A stretch of 64,000 nucleotides of DNA from Actinomycetota bacterium (GTDB taxonomy: Bacteria; Actinomycetota; Acidimicrobiia; IMCC26256; PALSA-610). The stretch is taken from NCBI GenBank assembly GCA_041691275.1, contig JBEPUZ010000003.1, positions 8,499 through 72,498 on the forward strand, written 5' to 3'. How positions within the stretch are numbered: the stretch's first letter is position 1; every line of letters starts with the position of its first letter. Below the pieces are notes generated by a model, which saw nothing but the letters and a program-made list of their open reading frames with translations, made no database searches and was not told the DNA's origin. The translations under genes were made by a program, and so were the position numbers. Shown here piece by piece: positions 1-9,755 of this stretch.

Positions 1-123
1 CCGCCGGACCAGGAGCGGTACTCGCGCAGCCGGGTGATGGAAGAGTCGGAGCACATCCGCCGCATGGTGCAGGACGCGCTCTACGACCTCTTGCGTAAGC
101 GTCGCAGCGTGTGGTTCGGATGA
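1..123 (+). CDS. 3' end of an unidentified CDS entering from upstream of the window (...RRMVQDALYDLLRKRRSVWFG*)
   Basis: Frame 1 is open from base 1 to TGA at 121-123 with G/C-rich third positions. Too short to assign a family. Confidence 0.35.
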   Translation, partial: PPDQERYSRSRVMEESEHIRRMVQDALYDLLRKRRSVWFG

Positions 124-140
124 CCGGGACCTGACGACGG

Positions 141-1187
141 ATGGGCATGCGCGCACTCGTCACCGGACTGTCCACATATTGGGGTGGAAGGCTCGCGCAA
201 GCGTTGGAACAGCGCGCCGACGTCGACGTTGTAGTCGGGGTCGACACGCGCGACCCGCGCACACCGCTCGAACGCACCGAGTTCGTGCGTACCGACTCTT
301 CGCACTCGATCCTGTCGCGCATCGTACGGGCGGCCCAGATCGACACGATCGTCCATACGCATCTCGTCGTCGACTCGACGCGCGTCACAACCCGCACACT
401 GCACGAGATCAACGTCATCGGCACCATGAACCTGCTCGCGGCCGCGGGAGCGCCCGGCAGCCCGGTCCGCAAGGTGGTGCTCAAGAGCTCCGGACTCGTG
501 TACGGCGCGAACAAGTCCGATCCGTACACGTTCCGGGAGGACATGACGCGCACCGGCGCCGCGGAGACGCCGGTCGAACGTTCGCTCCTCGAGGTCGAGG
601 CGTTCGTGCGCGACTTCGCCGACGACAACCCGCACGTCGACGTGAGCCTCTTGCGCTTCGCGAACGTGCTCGGGGACGACATCGACACCCCGTTCAGCGC
701 CGCGCTCCGCCGCCCGGTCGTTCCCGAGATCTTCGGATTCGATCCGCGGGTGCAGTTCATCCACGAGGACGACGTCGTCGACGCGTTGATGTACGCGATC
801 AACAACGACATCCCCGGCGTGTACAACGTCGCCGCCGACGGTGTACTGCCGTGGAGCGAAGTCTGCGCGATCATCGGGAAACGTCGGCTCCCGCTCCCGT
901 TCGCGTTCACCAACCTCGCCGTGGAACCGGCCCGTCTACTACGACTCTGGGACCTTCCCCCCGAAGCGATGCAGCTCCTGCGCTACGGACGTTGCATCGA
1001 CAACACGCGCTACAAGCGCGCGGGCTTCCGGTACAGGTACACCACCGCGTCCACAGTCGAAGCGTTCGCTCAGGCACTGCGCCTTGCGGGGACGTTGGGC
1101 GAGAGCAGGCCGTCGTACCGCTACGAGCGCGAGGTCGAGGACTTCTTCCGCCACTCCCCCGCCGTCGTCCGCCCCACCGACGCATAG
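141..1187 (+). CDS. NAD-dependent epimerase/dehydratase (extended SDR family)
   Basis: 348-aa ORF. N-terminal Rossmann-type start MRALVTGLSTYWGGRLAQAL. Length and layout typical of NAD-dependent sugar epimerase-like proteins. Start could be ATG 141 or 147. Confidence 0.85.
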   Translation: MGMRALVTGLSTYWGGRLAQALEQRADVDVVVGVDTRDPRTPLERTEFVRTDSSHSILSRIVRAAQIDTIVHTHLVVDSTRVTTRTLHEINVIGTMNLLAAAGAPGSPVRKVVLKSSGLVYGANKSDPYTFREDMTRTGAAETPVERSLLEVEAFVRDFADDNPHVDVSLLRFANVLGDDIDTPFSAALRRPVVPEIFGFDPRVQFIHEDDVVDALMYAINNDIPGVYNVAADGVLPWSEVCAIIGKRRLPLPFAFTNLAVEPARLLRLWDLPPEAMQLLRYGRCIDNTRYKRAGFRYRYTTASTVEAFAQALRLAGTLGESRPSYRYEREVEDFFRHSPAVVRPTDA

Positions 1188-1192
1188 GCGCG

Positions 1193-2425
1193 CTAGTCGG
1201 CGCTGGGCGCGGTGGGTCGTACGTGCCGCGCGAAGCTCTTGACGCGGACGGCGAAGACTCCGGCCGCGGCGACGCAGGCGAGTCCGCCGGAGACGATGGC
1301 GAAGGGCAGTCCGAAGAGCCCACCGACGACTCCCGCTTCGACGTCGCCGAGCACGGGCCCACCGGCGTAGACCGCGATCTCGACGCCACTGATGCGGCCG
1401 CGCAGGTCGTCGGGAGTGACGTCGGCCGCGATCGACGATCGATAGACACCGGAGATCATGTCGGCGCCGCCCGCGATCGCGAACATCACCAACACCACGC
1501 CCGCGTTCCGGGTGAGTCCCGCGACGGCGATGGCCGTGCCCCATACCGCCACCGCCCACAACACAGCCCGTCCCTGGCGCCGGACCCGACCGGTCCAACC
1601 GCTCGTGATCGACGCGACGAAGGCTCCCGCCGCCACCGACGACAACAAGATCCCGTAGAACGTGGGGCCACCACCCAGGCGCGCCGTCAGCGCCGGGAAG
1701 AGGGCGCGCGGCATGCCGAAGATCATCGCGAGCAGGTCGATGCCGAACACGCTCATGATCACGGAGTGGCCGCGCAGGAATCGGAGTCCGTGCAGCACCG
1801 ACGTCAGCGATGCGGGCTTGCCGTCACCCACCGGTGGCGAAGGTGCGATCCTCGCAAAGGCGACGAGTGCCAGCACATAGGTCGCGACATCGACGGTGTA
1901 CGTGCTCGCCAATCCCACGACGGCGATCAAGACACCGCCGACCGCCGGTCCCGCCATCATCCCGAACGATCCGTACGTCGACTGCAACGCGAACGCGGCC
2001 GGGCGTATCTCCTCCTCGAGCAGCAGAGGGAGCAACGAGCGCAACACGGGGAATGTGACCGCGGTGACGCCGCTCGCCGCCGCGCCGACGACGTACACGA
2101 CCCAGAGCTGCGGATGGTCGAGCGAAGCGTTGATCGAGAGCAGGCCGGAGCACACGAGCGCGGCGACCGTCACGCCGAGGAGCAGGCGGCGCTTGTCGAT
2201 GCTGTCGGCGTACGCACCGCCGCCGATGGAGCACACGATCAACGGACCGAGCTGCGCCATCCCGAGCAGACCCACCGCGAGCGACGATTTGGTCTGGTGG
2301 TACACCTGGAACGGCAGCGCGGCCGCGGTCATCGTGCTGCCGAGGAACGACACCGCCTGCCCGATCCACAGACGGCGGAAGTCGCGCGAAACCCGCAGCG
2401 GCGTCGTGTCGATCAGCAGGCCCAC
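1193..2425 (-). CDS. MFS transporter (EntS/MFS_3-like)
   Basis: 410-aa ORF that is hydrophobic throughout with about 12 predicted TM segments. N-terminus RDFRRLWIGQAVSFLGS is typical of this MFS subgroup. Confidence 0.85.
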   Translation of the reverse strand: MGLLIDTTPLRVSRDFRRLWIGQAVSFLGSTMTAAALPFQVYHQTKSSLAVGLLGMAQLGPLIVCSIGGGAYADSIDKRRLLLGVTVAALVCSGLLSINASLDHPQLWVVYVVGAAASGVTAVTFPVLRSLLPLLLEEEIRPAAFALQSTYGSFGMMAGPAVGGVLIAVVGLASTYTVDVATYVLALVAFARIAPSPPVGDGKPASLTSVLHGLRFLRGHSVIMSVFGIDLLAMIFGMPRALFPALTARLGGGPTFYGILLSSVAAGAFVASITSGWTGRVRRQGRAVLWAVAVWGTAIAVAGLTRNAGVVLVMFAIAGGADMISGVYRSSIAADVTPDDLRGRISGVEIAVYAGGPVLGDVEAGVVGGLFGLPFAIVSGGLACVAAAGVFAVRVKSFARHVRPTAPSAD

Positions 2426-2490
2426 AGAGACACGATCCTACGGAGCCAACCGACCGTCTGAACCGAATAAACCCCCTGCGAGCGCGTAGC

Positions 2491-3246
2491 GTGCCCGCCA
2501 TGGAACACGTGCGGGTCGAGACCGAGAACGGCGTCGCGGTGGTCACGCTCGTCGACGTCGAGCGCCGCAACGCGATGACCGCGTTGATGGTCGACGAGAT
2601 CGTCGCGACGTTCGACGCGCTCGAATCCGACGGGTCGACTGCGGCCGTGATCGTCACCGGCGAGCCGCCCGCGTTCTGTTCGGGCGCCGACGTCTCGAGC
2701 CTCGGCGCGCTCGCGAACGCGGAGACCGATGCGGAACGGCGCTCGGTCACCTCGATCTACGAGGGGTTCCTGCGCGTGCTCCGGTCTCCGCTGCCCACGA
2801 TCGCGGCGGTCAACGGCGCGGCCGTCGGCGCCGGAATGAACCTCGCGCTCGCGTGTGACGTACGCCTCGCGTCGGAGTCGGCGCGCTTCGACACCCGGTT
2901 CGTGAAGATCGGGCTGCATCCGGGAGGCGGCCACGTCTGGATGCTCGAGCGCGCGGTCGGACCGCAGGCGGCCGCGGCGATGGTGTTGTTCGGTGTCGCG
3001 GTCGACGGCGCCCGCGCCGCGGAGATCGGCCTGGCGTGGTCCTGCCATCCCAACGACGAGCTCCTCGACGCGGCGCGCACACTCGCCGCCCGCGCCGCCC
3101 GCGCGCCGACCGGGCTCCTCGACATGGTCAAAGCCACGCTCCACCAGGCGCCGTGGCAACCGAACTTCGAAGAGGCCGTCTCGACCGAGGTGGCCCGCCA
3201 AGCTTGGTCGCTCGGCCAGGGTTGGTTCCCACCTCCGAAGAAGTAG
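2491..3246 (+). CDS. enoyl-CoA hydratase/isomerase (crotonase superfamily)
   Basis: 251 aa. Crotonase pattern VAVVTLVDVERRNAM ... FCSGADV ... IAAVNGAAVGAGMNLALACD. GTG at 2491, alternative ATG at 2500. Confidence 0.9.
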   Translation: MPAMEHVRVETENGVAVVTLVDVERRNAMTALMVDEIVATFDALESDGSTAAVIVTGEPPAFCSGADVSSLGALANAETDAERRSVTSIYEGFLRVLRSPLPTIAAVNGAAVGAGMNLALACDVRLASESARFDTRFVKIGLHPGGGHVWMLERAVGPQAAAAMVLFGVAVDGARAAEIGLAWSCHPNDELLDAARTLAARAARAPTGLLDMVKATLHQAPWQPNFEEAVSTEVARQAWSLGQGWFPPPKK

Positions 3247-3249
3247 TCC

Positions 3250-3846
3250 TCAGCGGTTGACGAACTTGGCGACGAGCTCGTGTCCGCGTTCGCGCCATTC
3301 CTCGACCGTCATCGCGTACCGGATGTGATCCTCGTACACGCCTTGGATCTGGAGGAAGCGCACCGCGGTGCCCTCGTCGCGCAGCCCGAGCTTGTCGGCC
3401 ACCCGCCGGCTCGACGAGTTGCGGGGAACGATCGCGGCCTCGAGGCGATGCAGCTGGAGCACGTCGAACGCGTACTGCATGATCAGCACGACCCCTTCCG
3501 GCACGTAGCCGCTGCCCGCGAGCACCTCGTCGACCCAGTACCCCACGTAGCCCATCTGGAACGGGCCGCGCTGCACGCTCCCGAGGCTGACCTCTCCCGC
3601 GAAGCGCCCGTCGAGCGTGAAGAGACCAAACCCGTACGCGGCGTCGAAATGGCGTTGACGATCCCAGGCCCCGCACCGCGACCGGAACGCCTCGCGGTCG
3701 AGGGCGGGATCGATGCTTCCCGCGTCGGGACGAGGCTCCCAGCGTTCGAGCCAGACCCGGCAGCGCAGGCGCACCTCGCGCCACGCGTCCCAGTCGTCCT
3801 GGCGCAGCGGCCGCAGCATCACCTGCGACCCGATCAGTTCCGTCAC
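3250..3846 (-). CDS. GNAT family N-acetyltransferase (RimJ/RimL-like)
   Basis: 198 aa. GNAT core ...GYVGYWVDEVLAGSGYVPEGVVLIMQYAF...LHRLEAAIVPRNSSSRRVADKLG. GTG start overlaps the stop of the upstream acyl-CoA synthetase (GTGA, 3843-3846). Confidence 0.85.
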   Translation of the reverse strand: MTELIGSQVMLRPLRQDDWDAWREVRLRCRVWLERWEPRPDAGSIDPALDREAFRSRCGAWDRQRHFDAAYGFGLFTLDGRFAGEVSLGSVQRGPFQMGYVGYWVDEVLAGSGYVPEGVVLIMQYAFDVLQLHRLEAAIVPRNSSSRRVADKLGLRDEGTAVRFLQIQGVYEDHIRYAMTVEEWRERGHELVAKFVNR

Positions 3847-5783
3847 GACGTGCGCTCCTCTACCGCCGAGGCGTTTCTTATCGCATCCAGCGCGGCCGGA
3901 TCCTCGAGTCCCGACATGTCGCCTGGATCCGCGCCGGTGACAACCGAACGAATCGCGCGCCGCAGGATCTTTGCACTACGCGTCTTCGGAAGAGCGGCAG
4001 TGAAGCGAATTTCTGCAGGCTTGAACGACGGACCCAGAGCGTCCACGACGCGCGCGATCAGTGCGCGTCGCAGCGACGCGTCGGGGTGAACGCCCGGTCC
4101 CGGGACGACGAAGACCCAGAGCGCTTCGCCCTTCAGGTCATCGGGCACACCCACCGCCGCCGCTTCGAGCACCGAAGGATGCGCGACCACCACCGATTCC
4201 ACCTCGGCCGGTCCGAGACGTTTGCCCGCGACCTTGAGCGTGTCGTCGGACCGTCCGTGCAGGAACCACTGGCCGTCAGCGGACACACTGGCGAAGTCGC
4301 CGTGCCACCACACCCCCGGGTACCGCGACCAGTATGTCTCCAGGTACCGCTCCGGGTCGCGGTAGAGCCCGCGGGTCATTCCCGGCCACGGTTTCGTGCA
4401 GACGAGCTCGCCGACCTCGCCCCGAACCGACCGCCCTTCCTCGTCGAACACGTCGACTGCCATACCCAGCGCGGGTCCGCCCAACGAGCACGACGACAAG
4501 GGCTCGACGACGTGCGGCGACAAGAAGCACGCGCCGACCTCGGTCCCGCCCGAGATGTTGACGATCGGGCAGCGGCCGCCGCCGACGACGTCGAAGTACC
4601 ACTGCCACGGCCCGTCGTTCCACGGTTCGCCGGTCGAGGCGAGGATGCGCAACGACGAGACGTCGTGGGCCAGAACGGGCTCGTCGCCGTGCGCCATCAG
4701 CGCGCGGATCAGTGTCGGCGACACCCCGAGCACGTTGACCCGGTGGCGTTCGACGAGCTCCCACAGACGATCGGGGCCCGGGTAGTCGGGCGCGCCGTCG
4801 TACATCACGAGGGTGCCGCCAACCGCGAGCGTGCCGAGAATCTCCCACGGCCCCATGATCCAGCCGATGTCGGTCAACCAAAAGAGGCGTTCACCGGGGC
4901 GCAGGTCGGTCTGGAACGCGACCTCTTCGGCCACCTTCACGGTGAAGCCGGCATGCACGTGCACCGCGCCTTTGGGCCTTCCCGTCGTGCCGCTGGTGTA
5001 CGCGACGAACAACGGATGCTCACTGTCGACGACCCGGGCTTCGAACGTCGCGTCGGGAAGGTCGTCGAGACGCACGTCGCGTCCGGGCTGCATCGGCGTG
5101 TCGATCCGACCGCGCCCCACGACGAGCACCGTGTGCACGGAGGCAACCTGGGCGACCGCGGCGTCGGCGGTCTCCTTCATCGTGACGAGCTTGCCTCGCC
5201 GCGAGAAACCCTCCGCCGTCACCAAGGCGACCGCGCCCGCGTCCTGCAACCGGATGGCAACCGCGTCGGCGCCGTAACCCGAGAAGATCGGCAGGAAGAA
5301 CGCACCGAGCTTCGCGATCGCGAACAGCGCGGCGACGGTCTCGGGCACCATCGGCATGAACAGCCCGATCGCGTCGCCTTCCCCAACACCGCGCGCCGCG
5401 AGACCCGCCGCGATGCGATCGGTCAGCGCCCGCAGCGCCGCGCCGCCGAGCGTGCGCGTCTCACCGTCTTCGCCTTCCCAGACGATCGCGGCGCGGTCCG
5501 CATCGAGCCGGTCGAGACACATCGACGCCGCGTTGCCCCGGCCGCCGACGAACCACGTCGCCCACTCGACACCGGCCGAGGCGTCGAGCACGCGCGCGTA
5601 CGGCGTGGCGAAGGGCAACCCGAGAAAGCGGACGACCGCGTCCCAGAACCACTCGGGTTCGTCGATCGAGCGTCGCAGCAGCGTTGCGAAGTCGTCGATG
5701 TGCTCGGCGGTCATGAACCGAGCCACGTTGCTCTCGTGCAGCAGCGAGTCGTCGGGACGCCAGACGACAGGGGAAGCGGCCAT
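3843..5783 (-). CDS. AMP-forming acyl-CoA synthetase, acetyl-CoA-synthetase-like
   Basis: The track ORF 3843..6176 is over-extended. I start it at ATG 5783 (MAASPVVWRPDD...), which is in frame (codon 132). AMP-binding motifs YTSGTTGRPKG, GWIMG, GEPW and DDTLKVAGKR are present. Confidence 0.85.
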   Translation of the reverse strand: MAASPVVWRPDDSLLHESNVARFMTAEHIDDFATLLRRSIDEPEWFWDAVVRFLGLPFATPYARVLDASAGVEWATWFVGGRGNAASMCLDRLDADRAAIVWEGEDGETRTLGGAALRALTDRIAAGLAARGVGEGDAIGLFMPMVPETVAALFAIAKLGAFFLPIFSGYGADAVAIRLQDAGAVALVTAEGFSRRGKLVTMKETADAAVAQVASVHTVLVVGRGRIDTPMQPGRDVRLDDLPDATFEARVVDSEHPLFVAYTSGTTGRPKGAVHVHAGFTVKVAEEVAFQTDLRPGERLFWLTDIGWIMGPWEILGTLAVGGTLVMYDGAPDYPGPDRLWELVERHRVNVLGVSPTLIRALMAHGDEPVLAHDVSSLRILASTGEPWNDGPWQWYFDVVGGGRCPIVNISGGTEVGACFLSPHVVEPLSSCSLGGPALGMAVDVFDEEGRSVRGEVGELVCTKPWPGMTRGLYRDPERYLETYWSRYPGVWWHGDFASVSADGQWFLHGRSDDTLKVAGKRLGPAEVESVVVAHPSVLEAAAVGVPDDLKGEALWVFVVPGPGVHPDASLRRALIARVVDALGPSFKPAEIRFTAALPKTRSAKILRRAIRSVVTGADPGDMSGLEDPAALDAIRNASAVEERTS

Positions 5784-5841
5784 TGTCGCCGAATCTAACC
5801 CGTGCCACGAGGGCCGGCGACGGCCGGATAGCGTGCCGTTC

Positions 5842-6426
5842 ATGACCCCTCGGGCTGACGCCGACCAGCTGGTATGGCTCGATCTCGAGATGACCGGGCT
5901 CGACGTCGAACGGCACCGGATCGTCGAGATCGCGTGCATCATCACCGACTCCGAGCTCACGCTGCTGGACGACGGCATCGATATCGTGATCCACCAAGAC
6001 GAAGACGCGATGGCGCAGATGGACGACTTCGTCCGCAAGATGCACACGAAGTCGGCACTGCTCCCCGCGATCGGTGCATCGACGGTGGGCGTCGACGAAG
6101 CCCAAGCCCGGACGCTCGAGTATGTGCGGTCACACGTTGCGACCGCGGGCACTGCGCCTCTCTGCGGCAACAGCATCGGTACCGATCGCAGGTTCCTCGA
6201 TCGCTACATGCACGAGCTCGACACGTTCCTGCACTACCGCAGTGTCGACGTGTCGTCATTGAAGGAGCTGTGCCGGCGCTGGTATCCGGCGATCTATCCG
6301 AAGCGGCCGGGAAAGTCGGAGCAGCATCGTGCGCTCGACGACATCCGCGAGTCGATCGAGGAGCTCAAGTTCTACCGGGAGAAGCTCTTCATCCCCGTCG
6401 CGGACGCGGCCGTACCTTCGCCGTGA
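5842..6426 (+). CDS. orn: oligoribonuclease (DEDDh 3'-5' exonuclease)
   Basis: Start placed at ATG 5842 (MTPRADADQLVWLDLEMTGLD...). DEDDh motifs DLEMTG, CGNSIGTDRRFL and HRALDDIRESI. About 194 aa, the expected Orn size. Confidence 0.9.
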   Translation: MTPRADADQLVWLDLEMTGLDVERHRIVEIACIITDSELTLLDDGIDIVIHQDEDAMAQMDDFVRKMHTKSALLPAIGASTVGVDEAQARTLEYVRSHVATAGTAPLCGNSIGTDRRFLDRYMHELDTFLHYRSVDVSSLKELCRRWYPAIYPKRPGKSEQHRALDDIRESIEELKFYREKLFIPVADAAVPSP

Positions 6427-7789
6427 TGTCGGTGACCATCGGTTCTGCGAACATCACGCCGTCCGACCCGGAGTCCTTGGCCCGGTAGAGCGCGATGTCG
6501 GCCGCGCGCAGCAACGATTCGGGATCGGTCGCCGCGTCGGGGAACACGGCCACACCGATGGCCGCGCTCAGACCCCAGTCCGCAGGTAGCAGCGCGTTGC
6601 AACGCCAGGCTATGTGCTCGCGCATCTCGTCGGCGAGCTGGCCCGCCCGCAGCGCGTCGGGTACGGGCGCGATCACCACGAACTCGTCGCCGCCGAGCCG
6701 TACCAGCTCGTCGTAGGCACGCGTGCGGTCGCGGAGCGCGTTGGCGCACGCGATGATCACTGCGTCGCCGGCATCGTGACCGAGCTCGTCGTTGACCGCC
6801 TTGAACCGGTCGAGGTCGAGCAGGAACACCGCCACTCGCTCGTCGTACCGTCGCGCCCGGCTCAGGTGCTGGTCGAGCGCGCGCTGCAGCCGACGCCGGT
6901 TGCCGAGGCCGGTCAGCGGTTCGGTCTCGGCCTCTTCTCTGAGCGCCCGGGTGGACGCGATCCGATCGAGCGACTGCACGAGGTGTTCCAGGACCGCGCG
7001 GATCGCGGACTCGTCCGGTGTCGACTCGTCGGCGGAGCGGATCCGCGCGGTCAGCCGCCGGCTCTTGCCCTCCTCGAGGGTCACGCTGTCGATCGAGTGC
7101 GCGTGGCCGTCGTAGTCCCAGTATCCGGAACGCAGCCGGAGCGGTGGACCGACTGCGTCGTGGTCGATCGAGAGCTCGGCCGCGATCACGCCCGGGAACG
7201 AGGCCAGCGCGAGCCCGAGCTCCTCCAGTCCCTCGGCGATCTGCTCGTCGACGAGCTGGGCCGCCACCCGGGATGCAGTCGCGGTCGCCACCTCCCGGCG
7301 CAACTGGTCGGAGTGGAGGACGCCGGCGAGTCCTTGCGCGACCTGGCGCGCGACCTGCTCGAAGAAATGGGTGGGCGAACCGAGATCGGCTTTCGGCGCG
7401 CCGGCGGTCAGTACGCCGAGTGTGACGCCGCCGCCGACGAGCGGATAACGGCCCGCAGCGCCCGCGCCGTCGTCACCGGCGCCCAGCGCCGAGAGTTGGT
7501 CGTCGGTCGTCACTTCGCCCGCGTGCACCACAATCGATTCGCGTCCCGGCATCGTCACGGTGGCGGCGACGCCGGCGACGGGATACATCTGGGCGACCAC
7601 GTCGACCGCGTGCTGCAGATAGCTCGTCGGGTCGATGCTCGTCGTCTCGATCTTCGCGAGCTCGAGCAGGCACGCGCTCTCGAGGAGCTCGACGAGGAGC
7701 CCGCGGTCGGTTCCCGCTTCGCGCAACCGGGCGAGGCTGCGAACCTGGATCGCATCGAGTCGAGAGAGTGTCTCGTCGCGGTCCATCAC
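6389..7789 (-). CDS. diguanylate cyclase (GGDEF) with an N-terminal GAF-like sensory region
   Basis: C-terminal domain LTGLGNRRRL...FLLDLDRFKAVNDELGHDAGD...RAYDELVRLGGDEFVV. It has an intact GGDEF motif and an RxxD I-site (RAYD) five residues upstream. Confidence 0.9.
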   Translation of the reverse strand: MMDRDETLSRLDAIQVRSLARLREAGTDRGLLVELLESACLLELAKIETTSIDPTSYLQHAVDVVAQMYPVAGVAATVTMPGRESIVVHAGEVTTDDQLSALGAGDDGAGAAGRYPLVGGGVTLGVLTAGAPKADLGSPTHFFEQVARQVAQGLAGVLHSDQLRREVATATASRVAAQLVDEQIAEGLEELGLALASFPGVIAAELSIDHDAVGPPLRLRSGYWDYDGHAHSIDSVTLEEGKSRRLTARIRSADESTPDESAIRAVLEHLVQSLDRIASTRALREEAETEPLTGLGNRRRLQRALDQHLSRARRYDERVAVFLLDLDRFKAVNDELGHDAGDAVIIACANALRDRTRAYDELVRLGGDEFVVIAPVPDALRAGQLADEMREHIAWRCNALLPADWGLSAAIGVAVFPDAATDPESLLRAADIALYRAKDSGSDGVMFAEPMVTDITAKVRPRPRRG

Positions 7790-8634
7790 GCGTCGACGCC
7801 CAGCGTGTCGGCGATGCGCTCGAGCTGCGCGTCGACCTCACGGGTCACGACGTCGAAGTCCTCGGGTCGCAATCGGATCGAGATCAGGAGCCGGTCGATC
7901 TCAGGGGTGGCCGGATAGCCCGGCAGCGGCGAGTGCTCCAGCGCGACCGCCTCCGCGACCCGCAGCACGCGACCCAGTGCGTGCTTGGGCTCTTCGACAC
8001 CGTGCTGGTGCAGCGCGATCGCCTCGACGAACGGCTCCGGGAAGCCCCACGCGTCGAGCGCGGCAGCGCCTTCGTCGGCGTGGGTGACACCGAACGCGCA
8101 GAGCTCGGCCGCGACCTGGTCGGAGACGGTCGGGGCCGCGGTCGCGGCCGCGAACGCCTCCGCGTCTCTGCGGTGCAGCAACACCGCGCCCAGGTCGTGG
8201 AGCAGGCCCGCGGAGAAGGCGTCGGAGGTCGACAACCCGACCTTGCCGGCGATGACCGAGGCGGCCGAGGCGGTCGTGATCGCGTGGCGCCAAAAGCCGT
8301 CGGGACCGAGCTCGACCCGGCCGTCGAGCAGGCTGCACGCAGCGCTCACGGCGAGGGCCCGGACCGTGTCGAACCCCAGCATCACCGTCGCGTGGCGGGT
8401 GCTCGAGACCCGGCGGGGCGACCCGTAAAAGGAGCTGTTCGCGAGGCGCATCACCCGGGCCGCGAGCGCGGGATCGGTCTCGACGACGCGCGCGACGTCG
8501 GCCGCGCCCGTCCTCGGGTTCGAGACAATGCGGAGCACCTGCTCCGCAGCCGCAGGTTGCGCCGACAGCGCCAGCAGCTCTTGTGTGTAGCGACTCACCG
8601 ACAAGATTGTCGGCGCACGGCCGGGGTGACCCAA
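7786..8634 (-). CDS. HDOD domain protein
   Basis: Pattern ...VLRIVSNPRTGAADVARVVETDPALAARVMRLANSSFYG...MLGFDTVRALAV...GLLHDLG is typical of HDOD. Its stop overlaps the GGDEF start by 4 nt. The track start at 8634 is a TTG, and a GTG at 8598 is an alternative. Confidence 0.8.
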   Translation of the reverse strand: MGHPGRAPTILSVSRYTQELLALSAQPAAAEQVLRIVSNPRTGAADVARVVETDPALAARVMRLANSSFYGSPRRVSSTRHATVMLGFDTVRALAVSAACSLLDGRVELGPDGFWRHAITTASAASVIAGKVGLSTSDAFSAGLLHDLGAVLLHRRDAEAFAAATAAPTVSDQVAAELCAFGVTHADEGAAALDAWGFPEPFVEAIALHQHGVEEPKHALGRVLRVAEAVALEHSPLPGYPATPEIDRLLISIRLRPEDFDVVTREVDAQLERIADTLGVDA

Positions 8635-8641
8635 GGGGCTC

Positions 8642-9730
8642 CTACAGGAGTGTGCCCAAAGCCCCGAGCAGCGTGATCACCGAGCGCTCGCGCGCCGAAT
8701 GCCCCATAAGCCCAATGCGCCAGCCCTTGCCCGCGAGCTCACCGAGACCGCCGCCGACCTCGATCCCGAACCGCACCCGGAGCTCGCCGCGCAGCTTGGC
8801 GTCGTCGACACCGTCCGGCAACCACACCGACGTCAGCTGCGGGAGCACCCGGTCGAGCGCGAAGGGGCGGAACCCGAGCTCGGGCAGCGCGTCCTGCAAC
8901 AGGCCGCCGACATGACGGTGTCGGGCGTGGGCGGCGTCGAGGCCCTCGTCGAGCACGACGCCCAGACCCGCGTGCAGCGCGTACAGCATCGAGATGGGGG
9001 CGGTGTGGTGGTAGCGGCGCGCGGTCCCGACGTAGTCGGCGAGGAGGCTGAGATCGAGGTACCACGACTGCGGCGGTTGCGATCGGCCCCGCACACGCTC
9101 GACGGCCCGGGCCGAGAAGCTGAGAGGCGAGAGTCCGGGCGGAACCCCGAGACACTTCTGCGTCCCGGAGTACACCGCGTCGATGCCCCACCCGTCGACG
9201 TCGACGGGGATGCCGCCCAGCGAGGTCACCGTGTCGACGAGCAAAAGCGTGTCGGTCTGTTGGAGCGCGGCGAGCGGCGCGATCTCATTCTCGATCCCGG
9301 TCGAGGTCTCCGCATGCACGACCGCGAGGAGGCGGGCGCCCGGATGCGCACGCTGCGCGTCGAGCAGCTGTTGGGGATCGATCGCCCGTCCCCACGGCGC
9401 GTCGACGCGCACGATCTCGGCACCGCAGCGGCGCGCGACCTCGCACATGCGCTCGCCGAACACACCGTTGACGCCGATGATCGCGGTGTCACCCGGTTCG
9501 AGGAGGTTGACGAAACACGCTTCCATGCCCGCCGAGCCGGTGCCGCTGATCGGCAGGGTCAGCGCGTTCTCGGTGCGGAAGATCGCCCGCAACCGATCGG
9601 CGATCTCGTCGAGCACACCGAGGAACTCGGGATCGAGATGCCCGAGCACCGGGCGTTGAAACGCTTCCATCACCTCGGGATACGGGTTCGAAGGACCCGG
9701 CCCGAGCAGCAGTTGATCGGAGTGAACCAC
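8642..9730 (-). CDS. class V aminotransferase (alanine/serine-glyoxylate aminotransferase-like)
   Basis: 362 aa. N-terminus LLLGPGPSNPYPEVMEAF and a ...GTQKCLG... pyridoxal-lysine context typical of AGT-like class V enzymes. Confidence 0.9.
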   Translation of the reverse strand: MVHSDQLLLGPGPSNPYPEVMEAFQRPVLGHLDPEFLGVLDEIADRLRAIFRTENALTLPISGTGSAGMEACFVNLLEPGDTAIIGVNGVFGERMCEVARRCGAEIVRVDAPWGRAIDPQQLLDAQRAHPGARLLAVVHAETSTGIENEIAPLAALQQTDTLLLVDTVTSLGGIPVDVDGWGIDAVYSGTQKCLGVPPGLSPLSFSARAVERVRGRSQPPQSWYLDLSLLADYVGTARRYHHTAPISMLYALHAGLGVVLDEGLDAAHARHRHVGGLLQDALPELGFRPFALDRVLPQLTSVWLPDGVDDAKLRGELRVRFGIEVGGGLGELAGKGWRIGLMGHSARERSVITLLGALGTLL

Positions 9731-9755
9731 GATCCGAGACTAGTAAGGCATGTCT

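Noticed and set aside
179-2461. 760-aa plus-strand ORF spanning the epimerase and MFS genes
   Set aside because: It is an Arg-rich, off-frame read-through of two well-supported genes on different strands. No motifs.
4086-5798. 570-aa plus-strand ORF
   Set aside because: It is antisense to the AMP-forming acyl-CoA synthetase gene, whose frame carries the AMP-binding motifs. Composition is typical of a spurious frame.
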